64,000 nt of DNA from Candidatus Moraniibacteriota bacterium (GTDB lineage Bacteria > Patescibacteriota > Minisyncoccia > Moranbacterales > UBA1568): NCBI GenBank assembly GCA_903859375.1, contig CAIOMK010000030.1, positions 5,238-69,237 on the forward strand. The letters run 5' to 3'. The position numbers were made by a program, and so were the translations under genes. The notes beneath the pieces were generated by a model that saw only the letters and a program-made list of their open reading frames with translations, did not search any database and was not told the origin of the DNA. Below, piece after piece: positions 1 to 8,268 of this stretch (positions are counted from its first letter, which is position 1; the number at the start of each line of letters is the position of its first letter).

Positions 1-8
1 GTTGGACG

Positions 9-1178
9 TTATTTCTCTACCACGACGGTCTCATCGAGCTCGTCGAGATCGCGGGTCTTCTTTATAGTGAGTGATACCGATTCCTTGTCCGGCACTTTCG
101 CGGCGTCGATAGCCTGGCGTGCCGAAACGGGTAGAACGGGGAGAATCCCCTTGAGTGCCGTACCATTAATCTTCCTTATTTCGTCCCATTTGTCAAGGGG
201 CTCAAGTATCTCTTTGAGCGTATTTTCGTCATATTTCCATGTCCGACGGACTGATTTTCCGACGATGCCGGACGATCCGAACACACGATCTACCTGCTTT
301 TCGTCCATATAACTGAGCAGTTTCTCTTGGAGCTCTGCAAAGTGCGATTTGTCGGATTTCATCTTGTCGCGGAGTATCAGGACTTCCTCGATGGCGGTCT
401 GCGCGTCGTCGTCTTCGATCGTTTTTTCTTCGAGGAACTTGTGTTTGAAGAACGGGCACAGTCGTTGGAATCCACAGTAGTCACAAAGAGCCGTCAGTGT
501 CGGTTCGAACTCGGCGGCCTCGATATGCGAGATGACCTCGAGAAACTGTGCGTCGAGATTGTCGAGCTGTTCACGGGTGCGCGTCGAGGAGAGTTTCACT
601 CCGTGACGGAGATAATAGAGGCTCACAGTGATGCGATCGAGGTGTTCGGTCTCCTTGGGATAGCGGGCAAGGAACGCGCGCAGATAGATGGAGAGCTGGA
701 GGTCGTTGTCCACTTTCTCCTGTGACGGCATTTTGCGCGCGGTCTTGTAGTCGATGATTTCAAATCCGTCCGGAGTCGCGTCGATGCGGTCGATGGTGCC
801 GGCGATGATGTGTCTGCCGGTCGCATCGTCGCCGATCTCGATCGCGAACCTACTCTCCAGGTCCACTATGGTGAACTCATTCGGATCGTTCTTCGCGTAA
901 TAGTCCGAAATGATTTTCACGCCCTGTGAGAACGCCGTGCGTTCGGCTATCTCGTCGTCGTAGAGGTCGCTGTTCCATATCTGTGAGAACTGATTGAGCG
1001 CGGCATCGAGAGACGGCTGTACCGGTCCGGGAGTATGTATGTAGCGAAGCACCGAATGGACTATCGTCCCGAACACCTGTTCGCGGGACTTCGGTTCCCT
1101 GATGCGGTCGATATACTGGAACCGGTACTTGAGCGGACAGTTCTTGTATGAGTCGAGACCGGAATAGGAGATGCGCAT
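9..1178 (-). CDS. PD-(D/E)XK nuclease, RecB/AddB/Cas4-like, with C-terminal helical extension
   Basis: N-terminal SYSGLDSYKNCP; catalytic GTIDRID...IIDYKT; QLSIY motif; C-terminal CDYC-x5-C completing a 4-Cys set. Confidence 0.85.
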   Translation of the reverse strand: MRISYSGLDSYKNCPLKYRFQYIDRIREPKSREQVFGTIVHSVLRYIHTPGPVQPSLDAALNQFSQIWNSDLYDDEIAERTAFSQGVKIISDYYAKNDPNEFTIVDLESRFAIEIGDDATGRHIIAGTIDRIDATPDGFEIIDYKTARKMPSQEKVDNDLQLSIYLRAFLARYPKETEHLDRITVSLYYLRHGVKLSSTRTREQLDNLDAQFLEVISHIEAAEFEPTLTALCDYCGFQRLCPFFKHKFLEEKTIEDDDAQTAIEEVLILRDKMKSDKSHFAELQEKLLSYMDEKQVDRVFGSSGIVGKSVRRTWKYDENTLKEILEPLDKWDEIRKINGTALKGILPVLPVSARQAIDAAKVPDKESVSLTIKKTRDLDELDETVVVEK

Positions 1179-1258
1179 AAGCAGGTGACACTTAACATGG
1201 AACAGAGAACAGGGATCAGGAGTCTTTCAAAAGAGATGAGCAGTTACTTGCCTCCTCT

Positions 1259-1267
1259 ATTGTAGCA
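1259..1267 (-). promoter_or_regulatory. Putative extended -10 promoter (TGcTACAAT) for the nuclease gene
   Basis: TGCTACAAT on minus strand about 80 nt upstream of the ATG at 1178. Confidence 0.35.
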
Positions 1268-1364
1268 GAGAACAGCCCTGTGCGTCGTACGTAATATGTT
1301 TGACAGTATATTATATTCGTGTCCTTATATACAAATTTACGATTCAGCAGGGGAGGGGCGATTT

Positions 1365-1793
1365 ATGAATTTGAAGATATCCGGTCGGTCTTTCGTATTT
1401 CGAATCGATATATGGAGGCATATCAGTCGTGACGAGGTATCTTGTGCTTGTTGTCCTTTATGTCGGAAAGGGATTACTGTGTGTGTATTCAAATATATTT
1501 GGCTTTATGTATGCTATTTTAATATAAATAGTACGTCGCCTAATGTAACTTATGCGACATACTATGTTAAAACTACGGAAGTATGGAGAAGTGTGTGCGT
1601 GATATGCCATTCGGCGATTCGGAGTGGCACTTCTGCCCCATATTCTTCCCCCCGTGTGTCCTACGATCATATATACGTATCCCCTTTCAATCATGAATCC
1701 GAAATGCTGTCGTCTCTGTCTGTGCGATTCTCTCGTTTGTGGTATTTCGGAAACGGTCAGTCAACCACTTCGTGTGATATATACATGGTCTGA
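1365..1793 (+). CDS. Possible Cys-rich hypothetical protein (142 aa)
   Basis: GGGGAGGGG Shine-Dalgarno-like tract before ATG 1365; CACCPLC and CVICH motifs; atypical composition, may be spurious. Confidence 0.3.
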   Translation: MNLKISGRSFVFRIDIWRHISRDEVSCACCPLCRKGITVCVFKYIWLYVCYFNINSTSPNVTYATYYVKTTEVWRSVCVICHSAIRSGTSAPYSSPRVSYDHIYVSPFNHESEMLSSLSVRFSRLWYFGNGQSTTSCDIYMV

Positions 1794-1851
1794 TGTTCGT
1801 CTTCTTTGTGTCATCGCTGGGACGATGCGCTAGGATCGTTTGTACGATCTG

Positions 1852-2201
1852 AGTGGCACCTGATGTACACCTGACGCGGTTCGAATTATACATTTTTACT
1901 TTTGTAATTTTTGAAGAGGTGTCCTCCCCTATATTTTTCAAAAATAACAGCAGGGCAGTATGGGTAAAATAATTATCGTGAAATGGACGGCATGTGGTGG
2001 TACCTGATGTACCCTTCGTATGAATCGAATTTTTAATTTTATAATTATATAATTTTTTACTGACCAGGCAGTAAGGGCGTCAGCGGAAATGCGAAATGAG
2101 CGATATGAAGTGGCACCTGATGTACACCTGATACTGCTCAATTTTTACATTTTTACTGTTGTAATTTTTGAAGGGCAGTACTCCCCTCTTTATTATAAAA
2201 A
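1852..2201. repeat. Degenerate direct-repeat array (two 93-bp copies plus one partial copy)
   Basis: AGTGGCACCTGATGTACACCTGA exact at 1852 and 2109; 1852-1944 and 2109-2201 align without gaps with about 17 mismatches by hand count; partial GTGGTACCTGATGTACCC at 1997. Confidence 0.9.
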
Positions 2202-2262
2202 AGAAGGGTGATGTTTCAGCTAAAATTATTCGGCAGTGCAGAACTTGTATGAAGCCGGTTTG

Positions 2263-2922
2263 TTATTTGAACAGTCTCGGAAAAGAATTGCCTCCGGCTT
2301 TGAATTTCGACGGTATCGGTCGGGGTCCGGCGCCGTGTCCTGAAATGGACGGAGAAATCGGATCCTGTCGTGAAGATTGGGACGTTTTTCTATTCAATCC
2401 CGATACGAACGACTTTCCGAAATAATTGTCGACAGCAGCCGTCCTCCGGGCGATAAATGAGGACCCGAACCGCTTCGGTTTTGAAGCGGTCGATGTCGAT
2501 CCGGCCTGAGGGGACTGCTCGGGTGATTTTTTGTTCGAATCGAACTCATAGAGTTCTTTGACGTATTCCCGTTTATAATGACCGGTCGACTTGAGTGTCT
2601 TCTCCGCGGCATGTATCGTCTCCTTGCGGTTCAGGGCACCTGATTTCCTCATGTCCTCGAGTGTCTTGATAAAATCACCCTCGGTATAACCGAAACGGTC
2701 TTTCGATTTTGAGACGGTTCCCCCACCGGCCTGGTATATTTCCTTGCCGAGCGCCTGTCGTTCCGAATGTCGGTTGAACACGCTTTTCAACTCCGGATGT
2801 TCCTTGAGAAACGCATCCGCGACACGGTATTCCTTGCCACCGGTCCCGAGTTTTTTGACCGTGTCCCGGCTCATGAGCGTCTGGTCCATCTTGGGCCTTT
2901 TCCCGAACAGGTATGATGCCAT
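2263..2922 (-). CDS. Hypothetical protein, basic, low-complexity C-terminal half
   Basis: 219-aa ORF co-oriented with neighbours; weak similarity to 2962-3429. Confidence 0.7.
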   Translation of the reverse strand: MASYLFGKRPKMDQTLMSRDTVKKLGTGGKEYRVADAFLKEHPELKSVFNRHSERQALGKEIYQAGGGTVSKSKDRFGYTEGDFIKTLEDMRKSGALNRKETIHAAEKTLKSTGHYKREYVKELYEFDSNKKSPEQSPQAGSTSTASKPKRFGSSFIARRTAAVDNYFGKSFVSGLNRKTSQSSRQDPISPSISGHGAGPRPIPSKFKAGGNSFPRLFK

Positions 2923-2961
2923 AAAACGTCTCGTGTGAAATACGGAACACGGCGTCGGACA

Positions 2962-3429
2962 TTATCCGAAGATCTTCCTCATGAGCGAATGCTTTTCGGT
3001 CTGAGTTCCCGGTTCGGTCGTGTCGGTATTCCTGATGTCTTCAGTTTTCATCTCATGAACGGACCCGGGATCCTTTTCTTGTTCCTGTTCCTTTTTCGCT
3101 TCCGGCTTTTCGGGATACGTGAAATATTTCGGATCGCGGTTTTCGGTCAGCAGGGCATCGGCAATACGTTCCACACTCCCCTTCGAGACATGCGAATTTC
3201 CGGCGTATAATTCACCGAACACCGCCCTGAGGCTGTCGGTATCGATTTCTCCATGCGCGTTGAGATGTCCGGACAAGGCCTCGAAAAAATCCCGTTGGCG
3301 GACGCGGTCGAGGAGGACGGACGCGACTTTCGGATTTTTCATGAGCTCCTCCATCGCCGGACTCGTATCGAATTTTTGTGATGCACTCCCCTTGAAATAT
3401 TCCCTTCCGAACATGACGGTATTTTTCAT
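2962..3429 (-). CDS. Hypothetical protein
   Basis: 155-aa ORF starting 1 nt after the stop of the C39 peptidase gene. Confidence 0.75.
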   Translation of the reverse strand: MKNTVMFGREYFKGSASQKFDTSPAMEELMKNPKVASVLLDRVRQRDFFEALSGHLNAHGEIDTDSLRAVFGELYAGNSHVSKGSVERIADALLTENRDPKYFTYPEKPEAKKEQEQEKDPGSVHEMKTEDIRNTDTTEPGTQTEKHSLMRKIFG

Positions 3430-3430
3430 A

Positions 3431-4744
3431 TCAGTTCTTGTTGTATATTATCATCTGATTTACCGACGTGGCACTCTTGTTTCCGAGGCTGCCGACAAGC
3501 GACCTCGAAGTATCCAGGTACATGTTCGCACCGAAATACGGATCATGGACGACATAGCGACCCTTGTTGTCTTTGGTGTGGATGACGACATAGTGACCGC
3601 CGCCGGAAGACCGTTTGATATAGACGATGACCGGATTGTCGTTTTTCAGTTCTTCATCGATCGTCTTCCAGTCGATATTCCCGTGCGCGATGGAAGAAGA
3701 CCGTTTGATCGTTTCGGACGACCAGGCATCGGGCCAGATGATGAGGTCGCGATCGAACAGGCTGTTCTTGTTGGCGAGTGTTCCCGGAGTCACGGTGGCA
3801 CCGAGCTTGGTGAAGGACATGGCGATCGAGGCGACGGCGCATCCCCAGTCGGCCATTTTTGAATTGGTTTTCCCGATATCTTCCGAGGCCCATCTGGAAT
3901 CCCTTTGTGAATAATACCAGGACGTGGATGCCCAATATTTTTGGTCAGGCTTGTCATAGGAAGAAATGCTCGCGAACACTTCGGAGAGGTTTGCGGAGGC
4001 GCTGAAATCAAGCAGTTCGGACTTCTGCTCTTTCACCTTGACCAGCAGGTCCTCGTACTTCGCCTGTTCCGTCTGTGTTTTTTGGAGCAGTACCGCCTTA
4101 CTTTTTTGTGTGATGACGAGCTCGGCATTCTGAGCCCCGAGAGAAGTTTTGAGCATATCGGCCTCTGTCTTTTTCCCGGTGAGTGTCTGCTTGTCCCCCT
4201 CCAAAGCTTTTTTGACGGAGGCCATATCGCGAAGGATGACGACGACACGATTATTGGTTTCCGACATCCAATCTTCCCGCTTCATAAGGAAATCAAAATC
4301 ACTTCCGCTCGATGCGAGTAGGATGTTCGATCCGTCATCAACACTCGAAGAATATTCCTGTATGAGTTGGGACAAAGTCCTCCGCTCGTGAGCCATGACG
4401 CTCTCCTTTTCGCTGATTTTTGCCTGCGTGTCGTCGATCTTTGCCGTCAGGTCGCGTAATTGCGATTCAGCTGAGACGATCTGATCCTTGAGCAATTTTG
4501 ATTTGTTCGTCAGTGTGGTTATCTGATTGGTCAATGTCGTGCCTTGGGCTATCTTCATGTCGACGATCTTCTGATAGGCTTTCGCTTTGGCGCTGAGCTG
4601 GTCGCATGTATCCTGTTGGTCGGGTGTCAGTAGTTCGTTATTGCACTCATCGGCACGAGCCTGTCTCGCCAAAAACAGCCCGGAGCAGATGCATCCGGTC
4701 ATTAAGACGACAAAAGAAAAAGATTTCATTCGTAAAGTCTTCAC
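3431..4744 (-). CDS. Secreted coiled-coil protein with C-terminal C39-like cysteine peptidase domain
   Basis: Signal peptide (ARA-DE), long coiled coil, then SQRDSRW...GCAVASIAM, GHYVVI, HDPY (Cys-His-Asp). Confidence 0.85.
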   Translation of the reverse strand: MKTLRMKSFSFVVLMTGCICSGLFLARQARADECNNELLTPDQQDTCDQLSAKAKAYQKIVDMKIAQGTTLTNQITTLTNKSKLLKDQIVSAESQLRDLTAKIDDTQAKISEKESVMAHERRTLSQLIQEYSSSVDDGSNILLASSGSDFDFLMKREDWMSETNNRVVVILRDMASVKKALEGDKQTLTGKKTEADMLKTSLGAQNAELVITQKSKAVLLQKTQTEQAKYEDLLVKVKEQKSELLDFSASANLSEVFASISSYDKPDQKYWASTSWYYSQRDSRWASEDIGKTNSKMADWGCAVASIAMSFTKLGATVTPGTLANKNSLFDRDLIIWPDAWSSETIKRSSSIAHGNIDWKTIDEELKNDNPVIVYIKRSSGGGHYVVIHTKDNKGRYVVHDPYFGANMYLDTSRSLVGSLGNKSATSVNQMIIYNKN

Positions 4745-4750
4745 GACGGC

Positions 4751-4759
4751 ATTATAGCA
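4751..4759 (-). promoter_or_regulatory. Extended -10 promoter TGcTATAAT, 6 nt before the GTG start
   Basis: Exact TGCTATAAT followed by gccgtc-GTG at 4744. Confidence 0.6.
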
Positions 4760-4790
4760 CGGATTGGGAGTCCGGATAAGGGGGTCGGAG

Positions 4791-5183
4791 TCAATTCATG
4801 AAATCACGGTCGTGATCCAGACGTGCACGCCATGCCATGAAATTGGTATACAAAAAGAAAATCGTCACGGTGACAAGAAGCCCGACACGCCGTTCATGTT
4901 CGATGACGACATACTGTACGAAGAGATAGGTGGCCGGGAAGGCGACGAGCGGAAACAGGACGTCGGCAGTCTTGTTCCGGATATTCTCTTTGATTCGCTC
5001 CTGTACCTCGAAAAATTCCCAGATGATGGCCAAGATAAGGGTCGCGATAAATCCGAAAACGGCAGGAACAGCTATAACGACGGTCAGCAAGGCCGTTACT
5101 GCGCCGAAAAGGAAGTGCGGAATCGACCAATAATCAATCGAGTGTCTCATTTTGAGAAAACGAACGATGTCGGAGCGTTTCAT
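4791..5183 (-). CDS. Small membrane protein (DUF2585-like)
   Basis: Start overlaps the gltX stop (ATGA); DYWSIPHFLFG...IWEFFE...ENIRNKTAD pattern; about 4 TM segments. Confidence 0.7.
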   Translation of the reverse strand: MKRSDIVRFLKMRHSIDYWSIPHFLFGAVTALLTVVIAVPAVFGFIATLILAIIWEFFEVQERIKENIRNKTADVLFPLVAFPATYLFVQYVVIEHERRVGLLVTVTIFFLYTNFMAWRARLDHDRDFMN

Positions 5184-6721
5184 AATACGTTTTGTGCTTC
5201 GATTATCCGTGACAAGGTGGCGTCCTTGCCGATGACCCAGGCGATGTCCTGCGGTGGCGGCGACTGTTTCGCTCCGGAGAGGGCGACCCGAAGAGGCCAC
5301 AAGAAGTCTCCTCGTTTCTCGCCGGCCGCTTCAAGCAGGATTTCCCCGAGGCGTTCCCGGGTCCATTCGGAGTCGGAAAGTCCCGCAAGCAGTATTCTCG
5401 CTTTTTCAAGTGATTCCGCGGTCATTTCCCTGTCGTTCCCCTTCCATGGAAGGAGGCTCGGATCGATGACAGGCTCGGCAAAGAAAAACGGGTGTTCGTC
5501 GCCGATCGCCGAAAGGACGGAGAGTCGCTCTTGACCGATAAGGGCGACGCGTCCGATGTAGTCGGCGGTTTTGCGATCTTCTGATGCCGAGAGGAAAAAC
5601 GGTTTTTCACGAAGAAACGGTGTGACTCGCGTCGCAAGCTCTCCGATCGGCAGGACCTTTATGTATTGGGCGTTCAGCCAGTCGAGTTTGCGCGTATCAA
5701 AAACGGCTCCCGATCGATTCACCTGTGAGAAATCGAAGGCTTCGGACAATTCGGGAAGCGTGAAAACTTCTTTCGTGCTCCCCTGCCCCGGATTCCATCC
5801 GAGGAGTGCGACGAAATTGATGAGTGCTTCGGGCAGATACCCTTTTGCGAGGTAGTCTTCGACGGCGACGTCGCCCTGCCGTTTGGAAAGCTTGCTTTTG
5901 TCCGGATTGAGCAGCAGCGGGAGGTGTGCGAATTCCGGCACCTGCCAATCGAACGCCTCGTAGAGGAGGACGTGTTTCGGCGTGCTCGGGAGCCACTCCT
6001 CGCCTCGGATGACATGTGTGATTTCCATCAGACGATCGTCGACGACACTCGCGAGATGATAGGTCGGATAGCCGTCGGTTTTCACGAGGATCTGGTCATC
6101 GATATTGCGTGCGTTTATGGTGACATCGCCCCGTACGAGATCATGGAAGACGATATCGTCACGGTCTTCCGGCACATCGAGGCGGATGACTGACGGTTCA
6201 CCGGCGGCAATGCGACGGGACACTTCCTCGTCCGACAGGGACAGGCAGAGTTTGTCATATTTCGGCGCTTCGTGATCGGCGGTCTGCTTCTCTCGCAAAA
6301 GGTCGAGCCGTTCACGGGAGCAGAAACATCGGTATGCCTTTTTGGATTCGATCAGTTTTTCCGCATAACCGGCATACAATTTCAGACGCTCGGACTGGAT
6401 GTACGGACCGTATGTGCCCACTTCCGAGACCCCTGGGTATGTTTCGGAGTGCCGGGATGCGACGCGTTCTGGGGTGTTCGGATCGTCTCGAAGGAAGACT
6501 CCCTCATCCGGAATGACGCCTATTCCCTCGAGGCTCCGGACAAGTCCTTCGAGCGCGCCTTCCACGAAACGGCCCTGGTCGGTATCCTCGATGCGGAGAA
6601 TGAACGTGCCTCCGTTTTTGCGGGCGAACAGGAAATTGTAGAGCGCCGTCCGAAGACCGCCGACATGGAGCATTCCTGTCGGGGAAGGTGCGAATCGTAC
6701 TCGGATCGGTCGGTCGGTCAT
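5180..6721 (-). CDS. gltX: Glutamate--tRNA ligase
   Basis: RFAPSPTG, HVGG (HIGH motif), RIEDTD, KLSKR (KMSKS motif). Confidence 0.98.
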   Translation of the reverse strand: MTDRPIRVRFAPSPTGMLHVGGLRTALYNFLFARKNGGTFILRIEDTDQGRFVEGALEGLVRSLEGIGVIPDEGVFLRDDPNTPERVASRHSETYPGVSEVGTYGPYIQSERLKLYAGYAEKLIESKKAYRCFCSRERLDLLREKQTADHEAPKYDKLCLSLSDEEVSRRIAAGEPSVIRLDVPEDRDDIVFHDLVRGDVTINARNIDDQILVKTDGYPTYHLASVVDDRLMEITHVIRGEEWLPSTPKHVLLYEAFDWQVPEFAHLPLLLNPDKSKLSKRQGDVAVEDYLAKGYLPEALINFVALLGWNPGQGSTKEVFTLPELSEAFDFSQVNRSGAVFDTRKLDWLNAQYIKVLPIGELATRVTPFLREKPFFLSASEDRKTADYIGRVALIGQERLSVLSAIGDEHPFFFAEPVIDPSLLPWKGNDREMTAESLEKARILLAGLSDSEWTRERLGEILLEAAGEKRGDFLWPLRVALSGAKQSPPPQDIAWVIGKDATLSRIIEAQNVL

Positions 6722-6756
6722 AGGGAAGTCTCTAAAGTTCGTAACGTTTGAAAAAA

Positions 6757-6815
6757 TTCATAAAGCCGTGTAAGCCATGACTTTATGGACTTTCGACTTT
6801 TGACTATCGACTATT
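6757..6815. repeat. Intergenic hairpin followed by four 7-bp tandem units
   Basis: TTCATAAAGCCGTG/CATGACTTTATGGA stem at 6757-6789; GACTTTC GACTTTT GACTATC GACTATT at 6788-6815. Confidence 0.55.
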
Positions 6816-7538
6816 GCTTATCCTATCAGAAAGGCAGAGAAAAGGGAAAATTACGGTCGCAGTCCATATCCTTTGCATTCTTTTCGGCTGGATAGCAAGA
6901 CGAAAAAGCCATTCCAGTCCGATTGAACGGATCCATTCCGGGGCTCGTTTCCGTTTGCCGGTAAGGAAATCGAATGACCCACCAACACCCATGGCGAGTC
7001 GTACCACGCTGTCCGTATGCCGAAGCGACTCGAGGAAGTATTCCTGTTCGGGAGCTCCGAAATTGCACAGCACCATATCCGCGTCACGGATGCCGTCCGG
7101 CAGGGAGAATGAGATGGGATTGAGATCGGCTCCGCATATACGCAGACGGGGAAACGATGTACGGAGTATCGTGCGTATTTCATTGAACGAAGAAAGCCCG
7201 TCTTTCCGTATGGCGAGATACACGGTTGACTCCTGTCCATTTGCCGTTGCCAGTATCGTTTTCAGGAAGTCCGCTCCCGGATAGCGGGTCAGGTGGCATC
7301 CGGAAAGCAATCCGGCGATGGCGATGCCGGTCCCATCGGCTATGCGGATATCCGCCGAGAGCAATGATGAAAGGAATGTCTCACTCCGTTTCGCTAGGAC
7401 TGCGAATTCAGGGTTCACCGTGGCGATACGGTGAAACGAGGTTCCCAAAAGATACTTCCGCACTACCGCATCCAGTTCGGCTTTGGAGCGCTTGTCTATG
7501 GTGATACCGAGAATCCTGCACGTGTCTGTCTTGCGCAT
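6804..7538 (-). CDS. WecB/TagA/CpsF family glycosyltransferase (GT26)
   Basis: TVNPE, ADGTG, GAPEQE, GVGGSFD, RAP, GLEWLFRL motifs. Confidence 0.95.
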   Translation of the reverse strand: MRKTDTCRILGITIDKRSKAELDAVVRKYLLGTSFHRIATVNPEFAVLAKRSETFLSSLLSADIRIADGTGIAIAGLLSGCHLTRYPGADFLKTILATANGQESTVYLAIRKDGLSSFNEIRTILRTSFPRLRICGADLNPISFSLPDGIRDADMVLCNFGAPEQEYFLESLRHTDSVVRLAMGVGGSFDFLTGKRKRAPEWIRSIGLEWLFRLAIQPKRMQRIWTATVIFPFLCLSDRISNSR

Positions 7539-7591
7539 AGCTTCTGTGGTGACGTCCGTCGAAAGGGATATGACCGTTTATCCCGACGGTG

Positions 7592-8182
7592 TTACTCTTG
7601 TTGATCGTTGTCCGTCGAATGCTGATCATACCGACCCAGTGGAAATTCATCCATCGACAGATATTGACGTTTCGCGCCGGCGCCGATGCTTTCCAGGAGC
7701 AGGATCGATGATACGGGTTCCGCAAGCGAAACGGTCTGTGGGAACATGGCAAGCTTCTCTTCGGGAAGTAAGGGGAACTCGGCCCGCTTGACCTGGGCGA
7801 GCGTCACACGGGGACGGAACCGTTTGCCGTCGACTTTTTTTCCTGCCAGATCACGCTCCAGCGCATTGCGAAGGGCGAGCAGTTGAGGACTCTCTTCCCC
7901 GACCAGTTGGATCATTTTCGTCGGTCCTTCCGCCGGTGCGAGCTCGATCGTGTCGAACATCAGATCGAACGGCTCGAACTCGGCACAGACCGCTTCAGCT
8001 TTTTCGGCGATCTCGACCGCGTGTTCGTCCGTCACGAATCCGAGAAAAAGCACCGTTACGAAAAGATTCTCCGGACGGGTCGGAAACATCGGCAGACTCC
8101 CCCACTTGGAAATGCCCTGTGCCAGGCGTGTACTCAATTTTCCGGACAAAGGTATCCCGAGATAGAGCTTTCGTTCGTTCAT
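7592..8182 (-). CDS. 2H phosphoesterase (ThpR/LigT-like) with both catalytic His replaced
   Basis: KLYLGIPL start; ENLFVTVLFLG and FRPRVTLAQ where the family has LHxTLxFLG and PHxTLAR; start placed at ATG 8182. Confidence 0.8.
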   Translation of the reverse strand: MNERKLYLGIPLSGKLSTRLAQGISKWGSLPMFPTRPENLFVTVLFLGFVTDEHAVEIAEKAEAVCAEFEPFDLMFDTIELAPAEGPTKMIQLVGEESPQLLALRNALERDLAGKKVDGKRFRPRVTLAQVKRAEFPLLPEEKLAMFPQTVSLAEPVSSILLLESIGAGAKRQYLSMDEFPLGRYDQHSTDNDQQE

Positions 8183-8268
8183 AGTGTGGATATCGATATG
8201 GGTCCAGAGTAACAGGAAATCATCAATGACGGCAAGGAAGCGAGCCCCCGCACGTTCCGACACCCTCC

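Noticed and set aside
1852-2201. CRISPR array next to a Cas4-like nuclease
   Set aside because: Only three cores with irregular spacing (144 and 113 bp); the intervening sequences resemble each other instead of being unique spacers; no cas1/cas2 in the window.
1852-2201. DGR template/variable repeat pair
   Set aside because: Mismatches are not confined to adenines on either strand, and no reverse transcriptase is present.
1853-2211. Two paralogous 40-aa peptides (VAPDVHL...) encoded by the repeats
   Set aside because: The differences between copies all change amino acids in that frame, and the middle copy stops early, so there is no sign of coding constraint.
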